A stretch of 64,000 nt of DNA from an uncultured Poribacteria bacterium. GTDB lineage: Bacteria; Poribacteria; WGA-4E; WGA-3G. The notes beneath the pieces were generated by a model. The model was not told the DNA's origin and ran no database searches. It worked only from the letters and a program-made list of their open reading frames with translations. Each line of letters opens with the position of its first letter. Position 1 is the stretch's first letter. The stretch lies in assembly GCA_958296135.2 (NCBI GenBank), contig CATQHZ020000001.1, forward strand, positions 1,120,001 to 1,184,000, read 5' to 3'. Of this stretch, positions 28,206-38,669 are shown piece by piece. The translations under genes were made by a program, and so were the position numbers.

Positions 28206-28335
28206 GGCGCGGTTAGAAACTGCGTTTCCCGGAGCCGGTCCTTCATCACTAAAAGCGCGTCTACGGTTACCCAATTTCGCCCGTTTGTAAGTGCTGATTT
28301 CTGTAGTTTCCGCCTGTCACCTGAAAGTAGCCATC

Positions 28336-29259
28336 ATGAGCCGACTGAGAGCCTATCTTGAACTCATCCGCTATCCGCTTTTTGCGATTCCGATAGTCGC
28401 GACGCTCCCCGGTGCGCTCATCGCGAGTCAGGGGCGATTGACGTGGCGCGTCGCGGCGGCCCTACTCATCGCGCTGTGCGGCTACTTCGCGGGGATGATA
28501 AAAAATGACTACTTCCACTGCGAGACAGACAGCCTTACGAATCCTGAACGTCCGCTTCCGTCAAACCGCCTAACGCCGCGGCAGGCACTTATCCCGGCGA
28601 GTGTTATCTACGGGCTCTGCGTTGTTGCAGGCTTCTGGCTGAACGTCAAAGCGGGATTTCTGGTGATAGGCTTAGTGGCGATTTCGCATCTCTATAACGC
28701 GATTTTCAAGGCGCGCGGCATCTTGGGCAGCCTCACATTGCCGGTGGGCATTGGGTTGCTGAGCGTTTTCGGTGCGTTGGTGGTGAGCGGTGCGGTGCCG
28801 CGGTTGGTGTGGTATGCCTTCGCTGCGACGACGCTTTACGATTTCGGCACGCACATCACCACCACGTTCAAAGATCTTTCGCGTGACGAGGCACTCGGCA
28901 TCACGACGACACCGCTCCAGATAGGTATCCGTCCGGCATTACTGCTCTCTGCGCTAGCAACAGTGCTCGCGTTTGCTATCGCGCTCCTCCCGTATTGGCT
29001 GGAGCCGTTGAGCCAGAAATCTTATGCGGTTTGGGTTGTTTTGGGTATCGTTGCGACAGTTGCGACACGGATCCCGCTCTACCTGCGGCCGAATGAGCAG
29101 AACGGCTATTTTGCGCTGAGGGGTTCGATGGTGGGCTCTATTCTGTTTTTTCCGTGCCTCATTGGCGCGCAAGTGCCTATTGTTGTTGCATCGGCGGTTA
29201 TCGTGCCGTTGCTATTGATAACGACGTTTTTGTTGAAGACGACGCGTCAAGAAGTCTAA
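28336..29259 (+). CDS. UbiA family prenyltransferase
   Basis: NDYF...DSLTNPERPLPS, KD...DEALGI.T.P and many TM helices. Confidence 0.88.
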   Translation: MSRLRAYLELIRYPLFAIPIVATLPGALIASQGRLTWRVAAALLIALCGYFAGMIKNDYFHCETDSLTNPERPLPSNRLTPRQALIPASVIYGLCVVAGFWLNVKAGFLVIGLVAISHLYNAIFKARGILGSLTLPVGIGLLSVFGALVVSGAVPRLVWYAFAATTLYDFGTHITTTFKDLSRDEALGITTTPLQIGIRPALLLSALATVLAFAIALLPYWLEPLSQKSYAVWVVLGIVATVATRIPLYLRPNEQNGYFALRGSMVGSILFFPCLIGAQVPIVVASAVIVPLLLITTFLLKTTRQEV

Positions 29260-29315
29260 TTGTCAGGGGTGGCTGTCTCTATCCGCCCATCATAAGCCAA
29301 AGGAGACTGAACTAC

Positions 29316-30764
29316 ATGAAAAACATCGTCTTACTCATTACGGACACGTTCCGTTATGACAATCTCGGAGAGCGGGCGGCACGTCCTATTCGCACGCCGC
29401 AGCTCGATCGGTTTGAGGCGACACGCGCTACTGCCATCGATAAATTCTATATGAGCAGTTTCCCCACGGTGCCGCATCGCACGGATGTGGCGACAGGCAC
29501 AGTCGGGTGGCCCCATTACCCGTGGCAGCCGATCGATCAGAGCGGTCCGAACCATATTGCGCAGCTCTTGGGGGCGCGAGGTTATGCGACGCAGTTGATC
29601 TGTGATTGCCCGCATTTGTTCAACACGCGCTTCCAGCACGGGTTTGATGCCGCCTTCCAGCACCGCGGGCAAGAAGGCGATAAACCGCTCTTGCACCTCA
29701 ATGATCCGGTTCAAATCGTCATGCCGGATGAGAAGACACGTCCACATCCGTCGTTCAGAGGGCACACCTTGCCCAACACGCATCGATGGACAAACCGCTA
29801 TTATCAATATGAGGCGGAGACGTTTTCTGGTAGGACATCGGAGACGACGATTCGGTGGTTAGAGGAGAACTACAAATCAGGTCCGTTTTTTCTGTGGGTG
29901 GATTTCTTCGATCCGCATGAACCGTGGGATCCGCCGGAGTACATCGTCAGACGGTATGACCCGGGTTACACCGGTGCGCCGATGCTCCATCCGAATTATG
30001 GCAGAGCGGCATTGTATACGGAAGCGGAGTTGCACAACTTGTGGGCGCACTATGCGGGCGAAGCAGAGCTGGTAGACCGGCACATCGGCCGCATCCTTGA
30101 GAAGGTGACAGACCTGGGTTTGTGGGACGATACCCTCGTTGTCGTCATGTCGGACCACGGTATGTCCATCGGGGAGCATGGCCGGACGGGTAAATCCAAC
30201 ATCGATGCGGATGACTCGCGTTACTGGCCGACGTATCCGGAGATTAACCACGAGATGTTCCTCATCGCGGGTGGCGATGTGCCGCGCGGGCAACGCCGGG
30301 ACTTCATCGCGCAGCCGATGGATATTCTGCCGACACTCTGCGAATTGGCTGGCGTTACGGTAGAACCGCGCAAACCGTTTGAGGGACGTTCCTTCGCCGA
30401 GGGGCTCCTCAGTGGTGAGGGACAGCATCGGGAGTATGCGGTAACGGGCTGTCATATCGGTGCGCGGGATGGCACGGTACCGAGCCGTGCGACAACGCCG
30501 TTTCTCGTTACGGAACGGTGGGGTTACGCGCCGGTTGGTGCCGATGGCACGCCGGAGTTGTTCGATCTGCCTGTCGATGCATTAGCCGAGAATAACATTG
30601 CGGCGGATAACGTATCGCTTGTTGCGGAATTGCACGAGATGTTCATGGCGCATTTGGTAGAGCATAACGCGCCGGAACATTTCTTGGCACTCTGGCGGGA
30701 GCTGCCTTCCGGGGAGGGGCGTGGCACCTGGTCTGTCGATTATCCGAATAAATCTGAGGAGTAG
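29316..30764 (+). CDS. Sulfatase-like hydrolase (alkaline phosphatase superfamily) with Thr at the nucleophile position
   Basis: NIVLLITDTFRYD, TVPHR, FDPHEPW and SDHG motifs. Confidence 0.88.
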   Translation: MKNIVLLITDTFRYDNLGERAARPIRTPQLDRFEATRATAIDKFYMSSFPTVPHRTDVATGTVGWPHYPWQPIDQSGPNHIAQLLGARGYATQLICDCPHLFNTRFQHGFDAAFQHRGQEGDKPLLHLNDPVQIVMPDEKTRPHPSFRGHTLPNTHRWTNRYYQYEAETFSGRTSETTIRWLEENYKSGPFFLWVDFFDPHEPWDPPEYIVRRYDPGYTGAPMLHPNYGRAALYTEAELHNLWAHYAGEAELVDRHIGRILEKVTDLGLWDDTLVVVMSDHGMSIGEHGRTGKSNIDADDSRYWPTYPEINHEMFLIAGGDVPRGQRRDFIAQPMDILPTLCELAGVTVEPRKPFEGRSFAEGLLSGEGQHREYAVTGCHIGARDGTVPSRATTPFLVTERWGYAPVGADGTPELFDLPVDALAENNIAADNVSLVAELHEMFMAHLVEHNAPEHFLALWRELPSGEGRGTWSVDYPNKSEE

Positions 30765-30789
30765 AGAAAGAAGCCGGGTTTCGTGGGGC

Positions 30790-31695
30790 CGACGGTAAAA
30801 AGGGCCCCTTAGTCCGTAGGGCGCGGTCCTGTGCTGCGCCATGCATCGGTAAAAAGGGCGCCTTAGTCCGTAGGGCGAGGGCCTGTGCTGCGCCGTGCTT
30901 CGGTAAAAAGGGCGCCTTAGTCCGTAGGGCGAGGGCCTGTCCCTCGCCATGCTGCGGTCTATCAATGAGGATTGCGAGGGATGGGTTCTTGCGCGATGGT
31001 GAAAGGGCCCCTTCGTCCGTAGGGCGCGGTCCTGTGCCGCGCCATGCTTCGGTTAAAAGGTGCCTTTCTTGTCGCGTGAACGATCGCGAGGGACAGGCCC
31101 TCGCGCTACGGTGAAAGGGGCCGTTTTGAGGGATCGAGCGATCGCGAGGGACAGGCCCTCGCGCTACGGTGAAAGGGGCCTCTTTCGCGCTACGATGAAA
31201 GGGGCCCTTAGTCCGTAGGGCGCGGTCCTGTGCCGCGCCATGCTGCGGTCAATTGAGGAAGATCGCGAGGGACAGGCCCTCGCGCTACGATGAAAGGGGC
31301 CGTTTTGAGGGATCGAGAGATCGCGAGGGACAGTGGACATCTCTGCAGCGAGGCGGCAGAGATGACAAAGTTTCGGCGTGACGGCCCTCGCGCGACGGTA
31401 GAAGGGGCCCTTCTTGTGGTCCGAGGGATCGCGAGGGACAGTGGACATCTCTGCAGCGAGGCGGCAGAGATGACAAAGTTTCGGCGTGACGGCCCTCGCG
31501 CGACGGTAGAAGGGGGGCCCTTCTTGTGGTTCGAGAGATCGCGAGGGACAGTGGACATCTCTGCAGCGAGGCGGCAGAGATGACAAAGTTTCGGCGTGAC
31601 GGCCCTCGCGCTACGGTAGAAGGGGGCCCTTCTTGTGGTTCGAGAGATCGCGAGGGGCACCCTCGGCGATTCGCGCTACGGTTATAAAGGGACCG
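30790..31695. repeat. Mosaic array of GTAG REP-like modules, including three ~110-bp tandem units
   Basis: Repeated gtagggcgcggtcctgtgc(c/t)gcgc, gtagggcgagggcctgtccctcgc, tcgcgagggacaggccctcgcgctac and gacagtggacatctctgcagcgagg. Confidence 0.88.
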
Positions 31696-32844
31696 TCAGT
31701 TAAAATGTGCCTTAGTCCGTATCTGATTCCGAAACAACTTCTGCAACGCCTTCGCGATGACATGCTCTTCCCCTTCGTTGAGGGTGTAGGCATTCATCAC
31801 CAGCGTCTCTTTGCCGTGTGTGTTGAGTTTGATGCGCGGCGTGCTGGCATCTAATTCATTCGCTATTTGCGCTGCATCCTTGCCGATGCGCGCCGCATCA
31901 AATGTGACATGCAGGTTGGACAGCGTATGACTCATCTTTTGGTGATGCACTTCACACGACACACCAGGGATGTTCTCAATGCCCCGTGTGAGCGCGGCGT
32001 ATCTTGCATCCTGTTCCGCGGAACGTTTTCCGTGGTCGGTGGAGAGCCAGATGTCAATTGCTGTCACTAACCCGATGATCTCCTGCCGGTCTACTTTCAT
32101 CCCGCGGCCGACAGGGCGCGGGCCAATGAAGCCGTGTGTTCTCACCGTTTGAATGAGTTCCTTTCTGCCACAGACGAATCCTGTTGAATGCGGCGCGTTG
32201 AAGTACTTGCCGCCGAAGCAAACCAGGTCTGCGGATTGCGCGTTCTGTCGGAAGTAGTCTAGCGGATAGATTTGAGACGCGGCATCGGCGATGAGCGGCA
32301 GGTTGTGCGAGTGCGCAATCTTCACTGCCTCCGCTAACGGCAGTGCCTTCCCCTGGTCGGGTTGGATGAGATAAGCAACCGCCGCTGTCTTTTCGCCGAT
32401 GGCATCGTTCAATGCTTCTGCAGTGCAGCCCTCTTCGTCGCCGACAAAAACCAGTTTGCTTCCCGGAATGGTAAACGCCCTGTCGTAGGTGTAGTGTTGC
32501 GTCTTCTGAAAGACGATTTCGTTTCTGAGCCCGGTGGTATCCGGGAGTTGTGCGCGCTTATCGGCATCGTTGCCGGTCATGACGGTGGCGGCGGTTAAGA
32601 CGAGTGCGGCGTAGCATCCCGCCGTGACGTAGGCATCCTCAACGCCTAACCGTTCGGCGATGAATTGCCCGGATTTCTCCAGCAATTCTTCCATCTCGAC
32701 GTAGCTTGCATCGGCTTGATGCATCGCTTCGCGCACGGCTGCGGCGGGTGTTGAGCCGCCGCGCACGGTCTGGTTGCCCGTGGCGTTAATCACGGGCCGC
32801 GCGCCGAGTTGCTTGTAAACGTTTCCCCAATCTGTATTCGCCAT
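31696..32844 (-). CDS. SelA-like/DgaE family PLP-dependent enzyme
   Basis: VINATG.T..GGS, DAA, FGGK (PLP lysine) and GRGMKV motifs. Confidence 0.85.
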   Translation of the reverse strand: MANTDWGNVYKQLGARPVINATGNQTVRGGSTPAAAVREAMHQADASYVEMEELLEKSGQFIAERLGVEDAYVTAGCYAALVLTAATVMTGNDADKRAQLPDTTGLRNEIVFQKTQHYTYDRAFTIPGSKLVFVGDEEGCTAEALNDAIGEKTAAVAYLIQPDQGKALPLAEAVKIAHSHNLPLIADAASQIYPLDYFRQNAQSADLVCFGGKYFNAPHSTGFVCGRKELIQTVRTHGFIGPRPVGRGMKVDRQEIIGLVTAIDIWLSTDHGKRSAEQDARYAALTRGIENIPGVSCEVHHQKMSHTLSNLHVTFDAARIGKDAAQIANELDASTPRIKLNTHGKETLVMNAYTLNEGEEHVIAKALQKLFRNQIRTKAHFN

Positions 32845-32893
32845 AAGATGGCCTCCTTGCAGCGTTCACAGGTTTGGACAAGAAGTTAAACGC

Positions 32894-32922
32894 ATTTTAG
32901 CAGGCGTGGGACAATTTGTCAA
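32894..32922 (-). promoter_or_regulatory. Sigma70 promoter
   Basis: TTGACA-17nt-TAAAAT with extended TG. Confidence 0.7.
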
Positions 32923-32959
32923 GAAAAAAACTGGGGGGACTAGGACGATTCGGTTTTCC

Positions 32960-34030
32960 GTTATGGTAAAAAGGGCCCTTCGTCCGTAAGGCGCGGTCTT
33001 GTGCTGCGCCGTGCATCGGTAAAAAGGGCCCCTTAGTCCGTAGGGCGAGGGCCTGTCCCTCGCCATGCTTCGGTCTATCAAGAGAGATTGCGAGGGATGG
33101 GTTCTTGCGCGATGGTGAAAGGGCGCCTTCGTCCGTAGGGCGCGGTCTTGTGCTGCGCCATGCTGCGGTCTGCAGAGGAGATGGCGGTAGTCCGGGATTT
33201 CGCGCGTTTTTTGTGTGGGTCGAGAGATCGCGAGGGACAGGCCCTCGCGCTACGGTTAATAAGAGCTTAGCGAGGGGACCCCTCGGCGATTCGTTATCGC
33301 CGGGCCCTCGCGCTACGGTGAAAGGGGCCGTTTTGAGGGATCGAGAGATCGCGAGGGACAGGCCCTCGCGCTACGGTTAAAAGGGCGCCTTAGTCCGTAG
33401 GGCGAGGGCCTGTCCCTCGCCATGCTTCGGTCTATCAAGAGAGATTGCGAGGGATGGGTTCTTGCGCGACGGTGAAAGGGCCCCTTAGTCCGTAGGGCGC
33501 GGTCCTGTGCTGCGCCATGCTGCGGTCAATTGAGGAAGCTCGCGAGGGGACCCCTCGGCGATTCGTGATCGCCGGGCCCTCGCGCTACGGTGAAAAGGGG
33601 CCGTTTTGAGGGATCGAGAGATCGCGAGGGACAGTGGACATCTCTGCAGCGAGGCTGCAGAGATGACAAAGTTTCGGCGTGACGGCCCTCGCGCTACGGT
33701 GAAAGGGGCCTCTTTCGCGCTACGATGAAAGGGGCCCTTCGTCCGTAGGGATCGAGAGATCGCGAGGGACAGGCCCTCGCGCTACGGTTAATAAGAGCTT
33801 CGCGAGGGGACCCCTCGGCGATTCGTGCTCGCCGGGCCCTCGCGCTACGGTGAAAAGGGGCCGTCGGTGAAAGGGGCTTTCTTGTCGCGTGAACGATCGC
33901 GAGGGACAGGCCCTCGCGCTACGGTGAAAGGGGCCGTTTTGAGGGATCGAGAGATCGCGAGGGGCACCCTCGGCGATTCGTGCTCGCCGGGCCCTCGCGC
34001 TACGGTGAAAAGGGGCCGTTTTGAGTCGCA
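32960..34030. repeat. Mosaic REP-like array
   Basis: Same modules as 30790-31695 in shuffled order. Confidence 0.88.
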
Positions 34031-34040
34031 ACAAAAATTC

Positions 34041-34121
34041 TTGACAAAAATGTGAAAAAATGATAGCATCTAAAAGAATTCACATTTTTAAGTTGACAAA
34101 CGCGCAAAAATGTGGTATCCT
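34041..34121 (+). promoter_or_regulatory. Two tandem sigma70 promoters
   Basis: TTGACA-17-TAGCAT (34041) and TTGACA-17-TATCCT (34093), both with extended TG. Confidence 0.7.
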
Positions 34122-34713
34122 ATTTATAGTATCAATTTTGGCATGAAATTCAACACAACGAAAAAGGAGCACGAACGTGAACACTCAATTCCACGCGGAT
34201 CCTCCGATTCGTCTGCAGACATCCGTGAAAGCGACGCTGCAGCCGCCCTGGCTGCGCACCGTATCCCCGTTTGCGTTTGCGCCTCCCGTTGATGATGCCC
34301 TAGACCGGATTACCCCCCCCCATTGCTTTACGCCTGTTAACCATTGCCAATCTCGGCACGAAGGGGCTCTGGGGGGATATCCCTGCTCACAATTCCAATA
34401 TGAAAAACCGCGCGCGGTGCATGCGCGCGACTCACATTGCTCCGTGGCAGCCGCTCACGTTCGCGTGGACGCGGCTGCCACGGGGCTCTTCGCGTTGCAC
34501 CGATGGCTGCAACGCCGAAGGCCACCAGCGTTGTTCCGGGGAAATTTCTGTCCCCACTAGGGGTATAAAGGGACAGGATAACCGTGGGCCTCCGCCCACG
34601 GTTACCCTGTGTTCTCCGCGGACGCTACTGCCTTCCAATCTAACATCGGACAGCGCGGCCGTGCCGCCGCTGTTATCTCACTTCACTCTATTTTCAATGG
34701 AGGAACTATTATC

Positions 34714-37700
34714 ATGACAACGAAATCGTTATTTTTCTACGCGAGATTCTTTGTTTGCCTGATGCTCGCCGGGGGTGTCTCCGTAATCGCTACCCCGAAC
34801 GAAGCACAGGCTGCCGCCCCGACGCTGGTGAGCGTATCGCTAGACCCGCCACCAGCCGGGCAGTCCGGAAAATCCCGTTATCATAAGGTGCGCCAAGAGT
34901 GCCCGGGGGCCGGTAGACGAAACCACCCTACTAACTGGCAATGTGACCTCACGGACCCCAAGGGCCTCGTGCACGACCACGGGTGGTCCCTTCCCACCGG
35001 CCCCAGGCCGGTGAGGTTGGACAATAGCCCAACAGCTGCCTACTATAAAGTTGGCGACACCGTGAGATTCAATGTGGAGTTTAGCGAGCCGGTCACCGTG
35101 AGTGCTCGTCCGCCGCTTGTGTATCTGCAAGGTGACGCTTTCAAGGTGCCGTATTTCACATACAGCTCTGGCTCGGGCTCAAAGGTGCTCACTTTTGAAA
35201 AGACCGTGGAAGAAGGACAGCATAGCTTCGGCGGATTGCAGCTTTTTAGCGGCTTTTGGCCGAATACCCATCAGGTTGCAAATGATCAGGCGGACCTCTG
35301 GAGGAAAGGCACTGCACTTTCCGCCGGTCAGGTCCGGTGGATAAGAAATGCGGCCAACGAGAATTTTGATATGGACACCAATGGTCAAACGGCATTGACT
35401 GCGTTCTTTGCTACGCAGGCCGACTCTGCCGCAACCGGTATCATCCAATACCTTGTAGATCCCATCCCGGCGACGGTGTGGATTCCCGGCTTGATAGATA
35501 ATGATGATACAGCGGTTGATGGAGATCCTGCTACGCACATGGAAGATCGGCGCCTCGAATTCATATCCGCGGTGACGAGGGGGGATTACGTGAAGGAGGA
35601 TTTTACGGAGACTATTACAGAAGGGACCCTGCAGACAGGTCCGTTTGATGTGGAATTCCGCTTTTTCAACCTTGATACGCCGAATCCGCTTAAGTATCCG
35701 GGAACTGAGGTCCTCGCGGACGAAGTGGGCACGAGTTTTGAACCGAGTGATGTTGAAATCATGTATCCGGGTGTCTCCCGAAGTGACTGGGGTGTCGAGC
35801 TGGCGTATGTCGGGCTGGACCATCGCGCGGGGAACGAGTGGCCGTGGAGTAGCGGTGCCACGCACGGCCCAGGTGAAGTCAAAAAGTCTGCATCGTTCCT
35901 CGTCTACAAAGCGACTATCACCCCGCCGGACGGTATTGGCGGCGATGTGGCAATCAGTCTGCCCCAAGGTGCCACGATGGACATCGCCGGAAATCCCAGC
36001 AAGGCATCAAATACGTTGATAGTGCCGGTGAGGACTCGACCGGGGGTGCAGCTAGCCCGGCCGGCAGGGGAAACGAGCGTAGCGATAGACGACTTTACCG
36101 TTGAATTGTCCTTCACTCACAACGTGGATTTTCCGCTGGATATCGAGAAACTCAGCATCACGCAGGCGGATGGCACCGCCTTAGATTGGCCGGTTGCGCT
36201 CGCCGATCGGACAGCTCTGGGCACGACAGACAGCATTGTTGTGACGCCGGCTGCCAATTTTGAGGGAGAGGTGCACATCACGCTTGCTGCAGGCGCGGTT
36301 CAGGACGAATCCGAGCAGTGGAACGTTGCCGCCGCGGCGGCATTAGTTGTGACGGTGGACACTCCGTTGCGCGTGGTGGAACCGCCGGAGATTGTCGAGC
36401 CCCCCGCGGGTGTCTATACCGCCGGGGATAAGATTGAAGTGTCGGTGACGTATGCCCAGGAGAATCTACGGTATGAAGGGGCGAACCCGCCGTATCTGGT
36501 GGTGTATCTGGGTGAACAGGTGTTAGCGAATGCGCGGCATGCTGTTTGGACAGCGGCGGCAGGCACGAATCCGACGAAAGTGACGTTTGCGTATACGGTG
36601 GCAGCCACGGACACGGTGACGGATGCAGTGCGTGCTCCCTCTGTTGAGATACTCGTGCCGGAAGAGACGACGTTGTTGTCTGGGCCCCTAGGTGCGCCGG
36701 ATGGGCAGCAGGTTGGGACAGCGGCGCCAGCTGTTGCGTCTGGTGCTGCGCCGGCCTCGGTGCCGGAGTTAGATCCGGTGGAAGATACGTCTGGACGTGA
36801 GCTTCCGCCGATCGTCAGGGAGACACCGGTTATACCGGTTGTGCCGTTTTTCCCCGAGGCGGCTTCGCCGAAGGCTGCTGCCTCCGAGGTGCCTCGCAGT
36901 CCGATTGTTTTCAACGAGTTTGGCAATGGCAGCGGTGATGCAAACGACTGGCTGGAGCTCCGCAATGTCACGGGTTCGGCTGTCTCCTTGAAAGACTGGG
37001 AGCTCAGTGTCGTGCAAGATGACAAAAAGGAAGATACGTCGCTCTTCGTTTTCGCGGATGTGAGCGTGCCGGCGAATGGGCTGCTGTTGCTGACGAACAG
37101 CGATCCGACAGCCGACGGCAACGTCCTCGCCGGTGGCGATGATGTCGCCACTGCCGATGTGGAGCACAAAGGTTCGCCGCATCAGTATCTCATCAACGCA
37201 GGGCTGTCCCTGCCGGATGATGGGCAGTTCCTGTTGATTCTGCGAAACGCCAAGGAGAAACTCGGTATGAACGAGGCATTTGTCGATGTCGCCGGTGGCG
37301 GTGGCAGTGACACGGATGCGTTCGTTCGCGAGCAGACAGGTGACTATGATACCTACGTGTGGCCGTTGCAAGTGCGTCAGGCACCGGGTGGTGATACCGA
37401 AGGGGCTCTCAGCTCTGGTAAGGTGTGGCAGCGCGCCAAGGCAGATATTGTGGGTTACCATAAAGATGCCTGGGCAGAGGCGGCGTTCACCGGTATCGGC
37501 TATGACAGGACTGTCTCGAAGTCTGCGGCGACGGGTGGCACGCCGGGGTATCCGAATGGTGCCGTGAAAACCGGTGCAGCCACGCCGAAAGGGAGTATCA
37601 CTATCAGCGAGGTGATGTTCGATTCAGGTGGTGGGACATTGCCGCAGTGGATAGAACTCTACAATGCTTCCAAGACAGAGGCCCTCAACCTGAACCGGTG

Positions 37701-38586
37701 GCAATTGGAGTTCCAGAATGTGGATTCGGAGGAATTGGTAGGGCGGCCGATTGTGGCGTTGGCGTTGCAGGAGAAGGTGATTCAGCCGAATCAGACGCTG
37801 CTGATTGTCGCGGGGCCTGCGCGTGCGTCATCAAGCACGGTGTTTCCTGCTGAGCGCGTTTACAACCTGTTGGCATTGCATCAGCGGAACCTGCGTATCA
37901 AGCGTGCGCAGGATACGTTCCTGAGCGCGGAAGGCTTCTACCTGAAGTTGACAGATAGCAACGGTAACCTCGTAGACGAGGTTGGCAACACTGATGGGAA
38001 TCGTCGGACGAAAGATGCGCCAGCGTGGGCGTTACCGGTGAGTGGCGAGGCAGGTGTTCGGAGCTCGCTGATTCGGCGTTACGACAACGGCGTTGCACTG
38101 AAAGGGAAGGAGCGTGCGAGTTGGGCGTTGTCAGCGAATCTCAAGAAACTCGCCGTGTCAGAACTCCACTGGGGTGATGCTGAGGACATCGGCACACCGG
38201 GGTATCGCGCTGGCGGTGCGTTGCCGGTGGAGTTGTCAAGTTTCTCGGTGATGCAGAATGAAGCTGGTGCGGTTGTCTTAACATGGACGACGGAGTCTGA
38301 AGTCGACAATGCTGGCTTCAACCTGCGCCGCAGCGAGAAACGCGACAGCGGTTTCACGCTGCTGAATGCTGCGTTGATTGCGGGTGCTGGCACGACGGGC
38401 GAGCGTCAGACGTATACGTATACGGATACGTCGGCGAAGCCGGGTGTTGAGTACTACTATCAGATTGAGGAAGTCGCGTTTGATGGGCGGCCGGCGACGT
38501 TGGCGACGCGGATGTTGCGGGGGCCTGTCTCTGCGGCGAATCGGATGCTGACGACCTTTGGTGCTCTGAAGCAGCAGGTGAAATAG
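34714..38586 (+). CDS. Large secreted surface protein with Ig-like domains, two lamin-tail domains and a C-terminal LPVELSSF module
   Basis: GGAGGA RBS, signal peptide (AQA), V.FSEPV Ig motifs, IVFNE..DWLELRN and ITISEVM..QWIELYN LTDs, TPG motifs, and terminal MLTTFGALKQ. Confidence 0.85.
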   Translation: MTTKSLFFYARFFVCLMLAGGVSVIATPNEAQAAAPTLVSVSLDPPPAGQSGKSRYHKVRQECPGAGRRNHPTNWQCDLTDPKGLVHDHGWSLPTGPRPVRLDNSPTAAYYKVGDTVRFNVEFSEPVTVSARPPLVYLQGDAFKVPYFTYSSGSGSKVLTFEKTVEEGQHSFGGLQLFSGFWPNTHQVANDQADLWRKGTALSAGQVRWIRNAANENFDMDTNGQTALTAFFATQADSAATGIIQYLVDPIPATVWIPGLIDNDDTAVDGDPATHMEDRRLEFISAVTRGDYVKEDFTETITEGTLQTGPFDVEFRFFNLDTPNPLKYPGTEVLADEVGTSFEPSDVEIMYPGVSRSDWGVELAYVGLDHRAGNEWPWSSGATHGPGEVKKSASFLVYKATITPPDGIGGDVAISLPQGATMDIAGNPSKASNTLIVPVRTRPGVQLARPAGETSVAIDDFTVELSFTHNVDFPLDIEKLSITQADGTALDWPVALADRTALGTTDSIVVTPAANFEGEVHITLAAGAVQDESEQWNVAAAAALVVTVDTPLRVVEPPEIVEPPAGVYTAGDKIEVSVTYAQENLRYEGANPPYLVVYLGEQVLANARHAVWTAAAGTNPTKVTFAYTVAATDTVTDAVRAPSVEILVPEETTLLSGPLGAPDGQQVGTAAPAVASGAAPASVPELDPVEDTSGRELPPIVRETPVIPVVPFFPEAASPKAAASEVPRSPIVFNEFGNGSGDANDWLELRNVTGSAVSLKDWELSVVQDDKKEDTSLFVFADVSVPANGLLLLTNSDPTADGNVLAGGDDVATADVEHKGSPHQYLINAGLSLPDDGQFLLILRNAKEKLGMNEAFVDVAGGGGSDTDAFVREQTGDYDTYVWPLQVRQAPGGDTEGALSSGKVWQRAKADIVGYHKDAWAEAAFTGIGYDRTVSKSAATGGTPGYPNGAVKTGAATPKGSITISEVMFDSGGGTLPQWIELYNASKTEALNLNRWQLEFQNVDSEELVGRPIVALALQEKVIQPNQTLLIVAGPARASSSTVFPAERVYNLLALHQRNLRIKRAQDTFLSAEGFYLKLTDSNGNLVDEVGNTDGNRRTKDAPAWALPVSGEAGVRSSLIRRYDNGVALKGKERASWALSANLKKLAVSELHWGDAEDIGTPGYRAGGALPVELSSFSVMQNEAGAVVLTWTTESEVDNAGFNLRRSEKRDSGFTLLNAALIAGAGTTGERQTYTYTDTSAKPGVEYYYQIEEVAFDGRPATLATRMLRGPVSAANRMLTTFGALKQQVK

Positions 38587-38619
38587 ATGTAGGGCGAGGG
38601 TTGTCCCTCGCGATGTAGA

Positions 38620-38657
38620 AAACGGCCGTGGTCCCTTGGGGCTGCGGCTGTTTTTTT
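38620..38657 (+). terminator. Rho-independent terminator
   Basis: GU-rich hairpin acggccgtggtcc/gggctgcggctgt followed by a T-tract. Confidence 0.6.
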
Positions 38658-38669
38658 CGTGGGTTGCGG

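Noticed and set aside
31696-32844. Selenocysteine synthase SelA supporting the selenoprotein
   Set aside because: It is shorter than SelA, lacks the SGDKLLGGPQ motif and fits the SelA-like/DgaE group. It is not evidence of Sec machinery.
30582-34069. Many short ORFs such as 31164-31586, 33105-33380 and 33720-34034 (also 981-1499, 38797-39276)
   Set aside because: They are translations of REP mosaics with recurring repeat-derived peptides (ARGPVPR, GTGPRAT).
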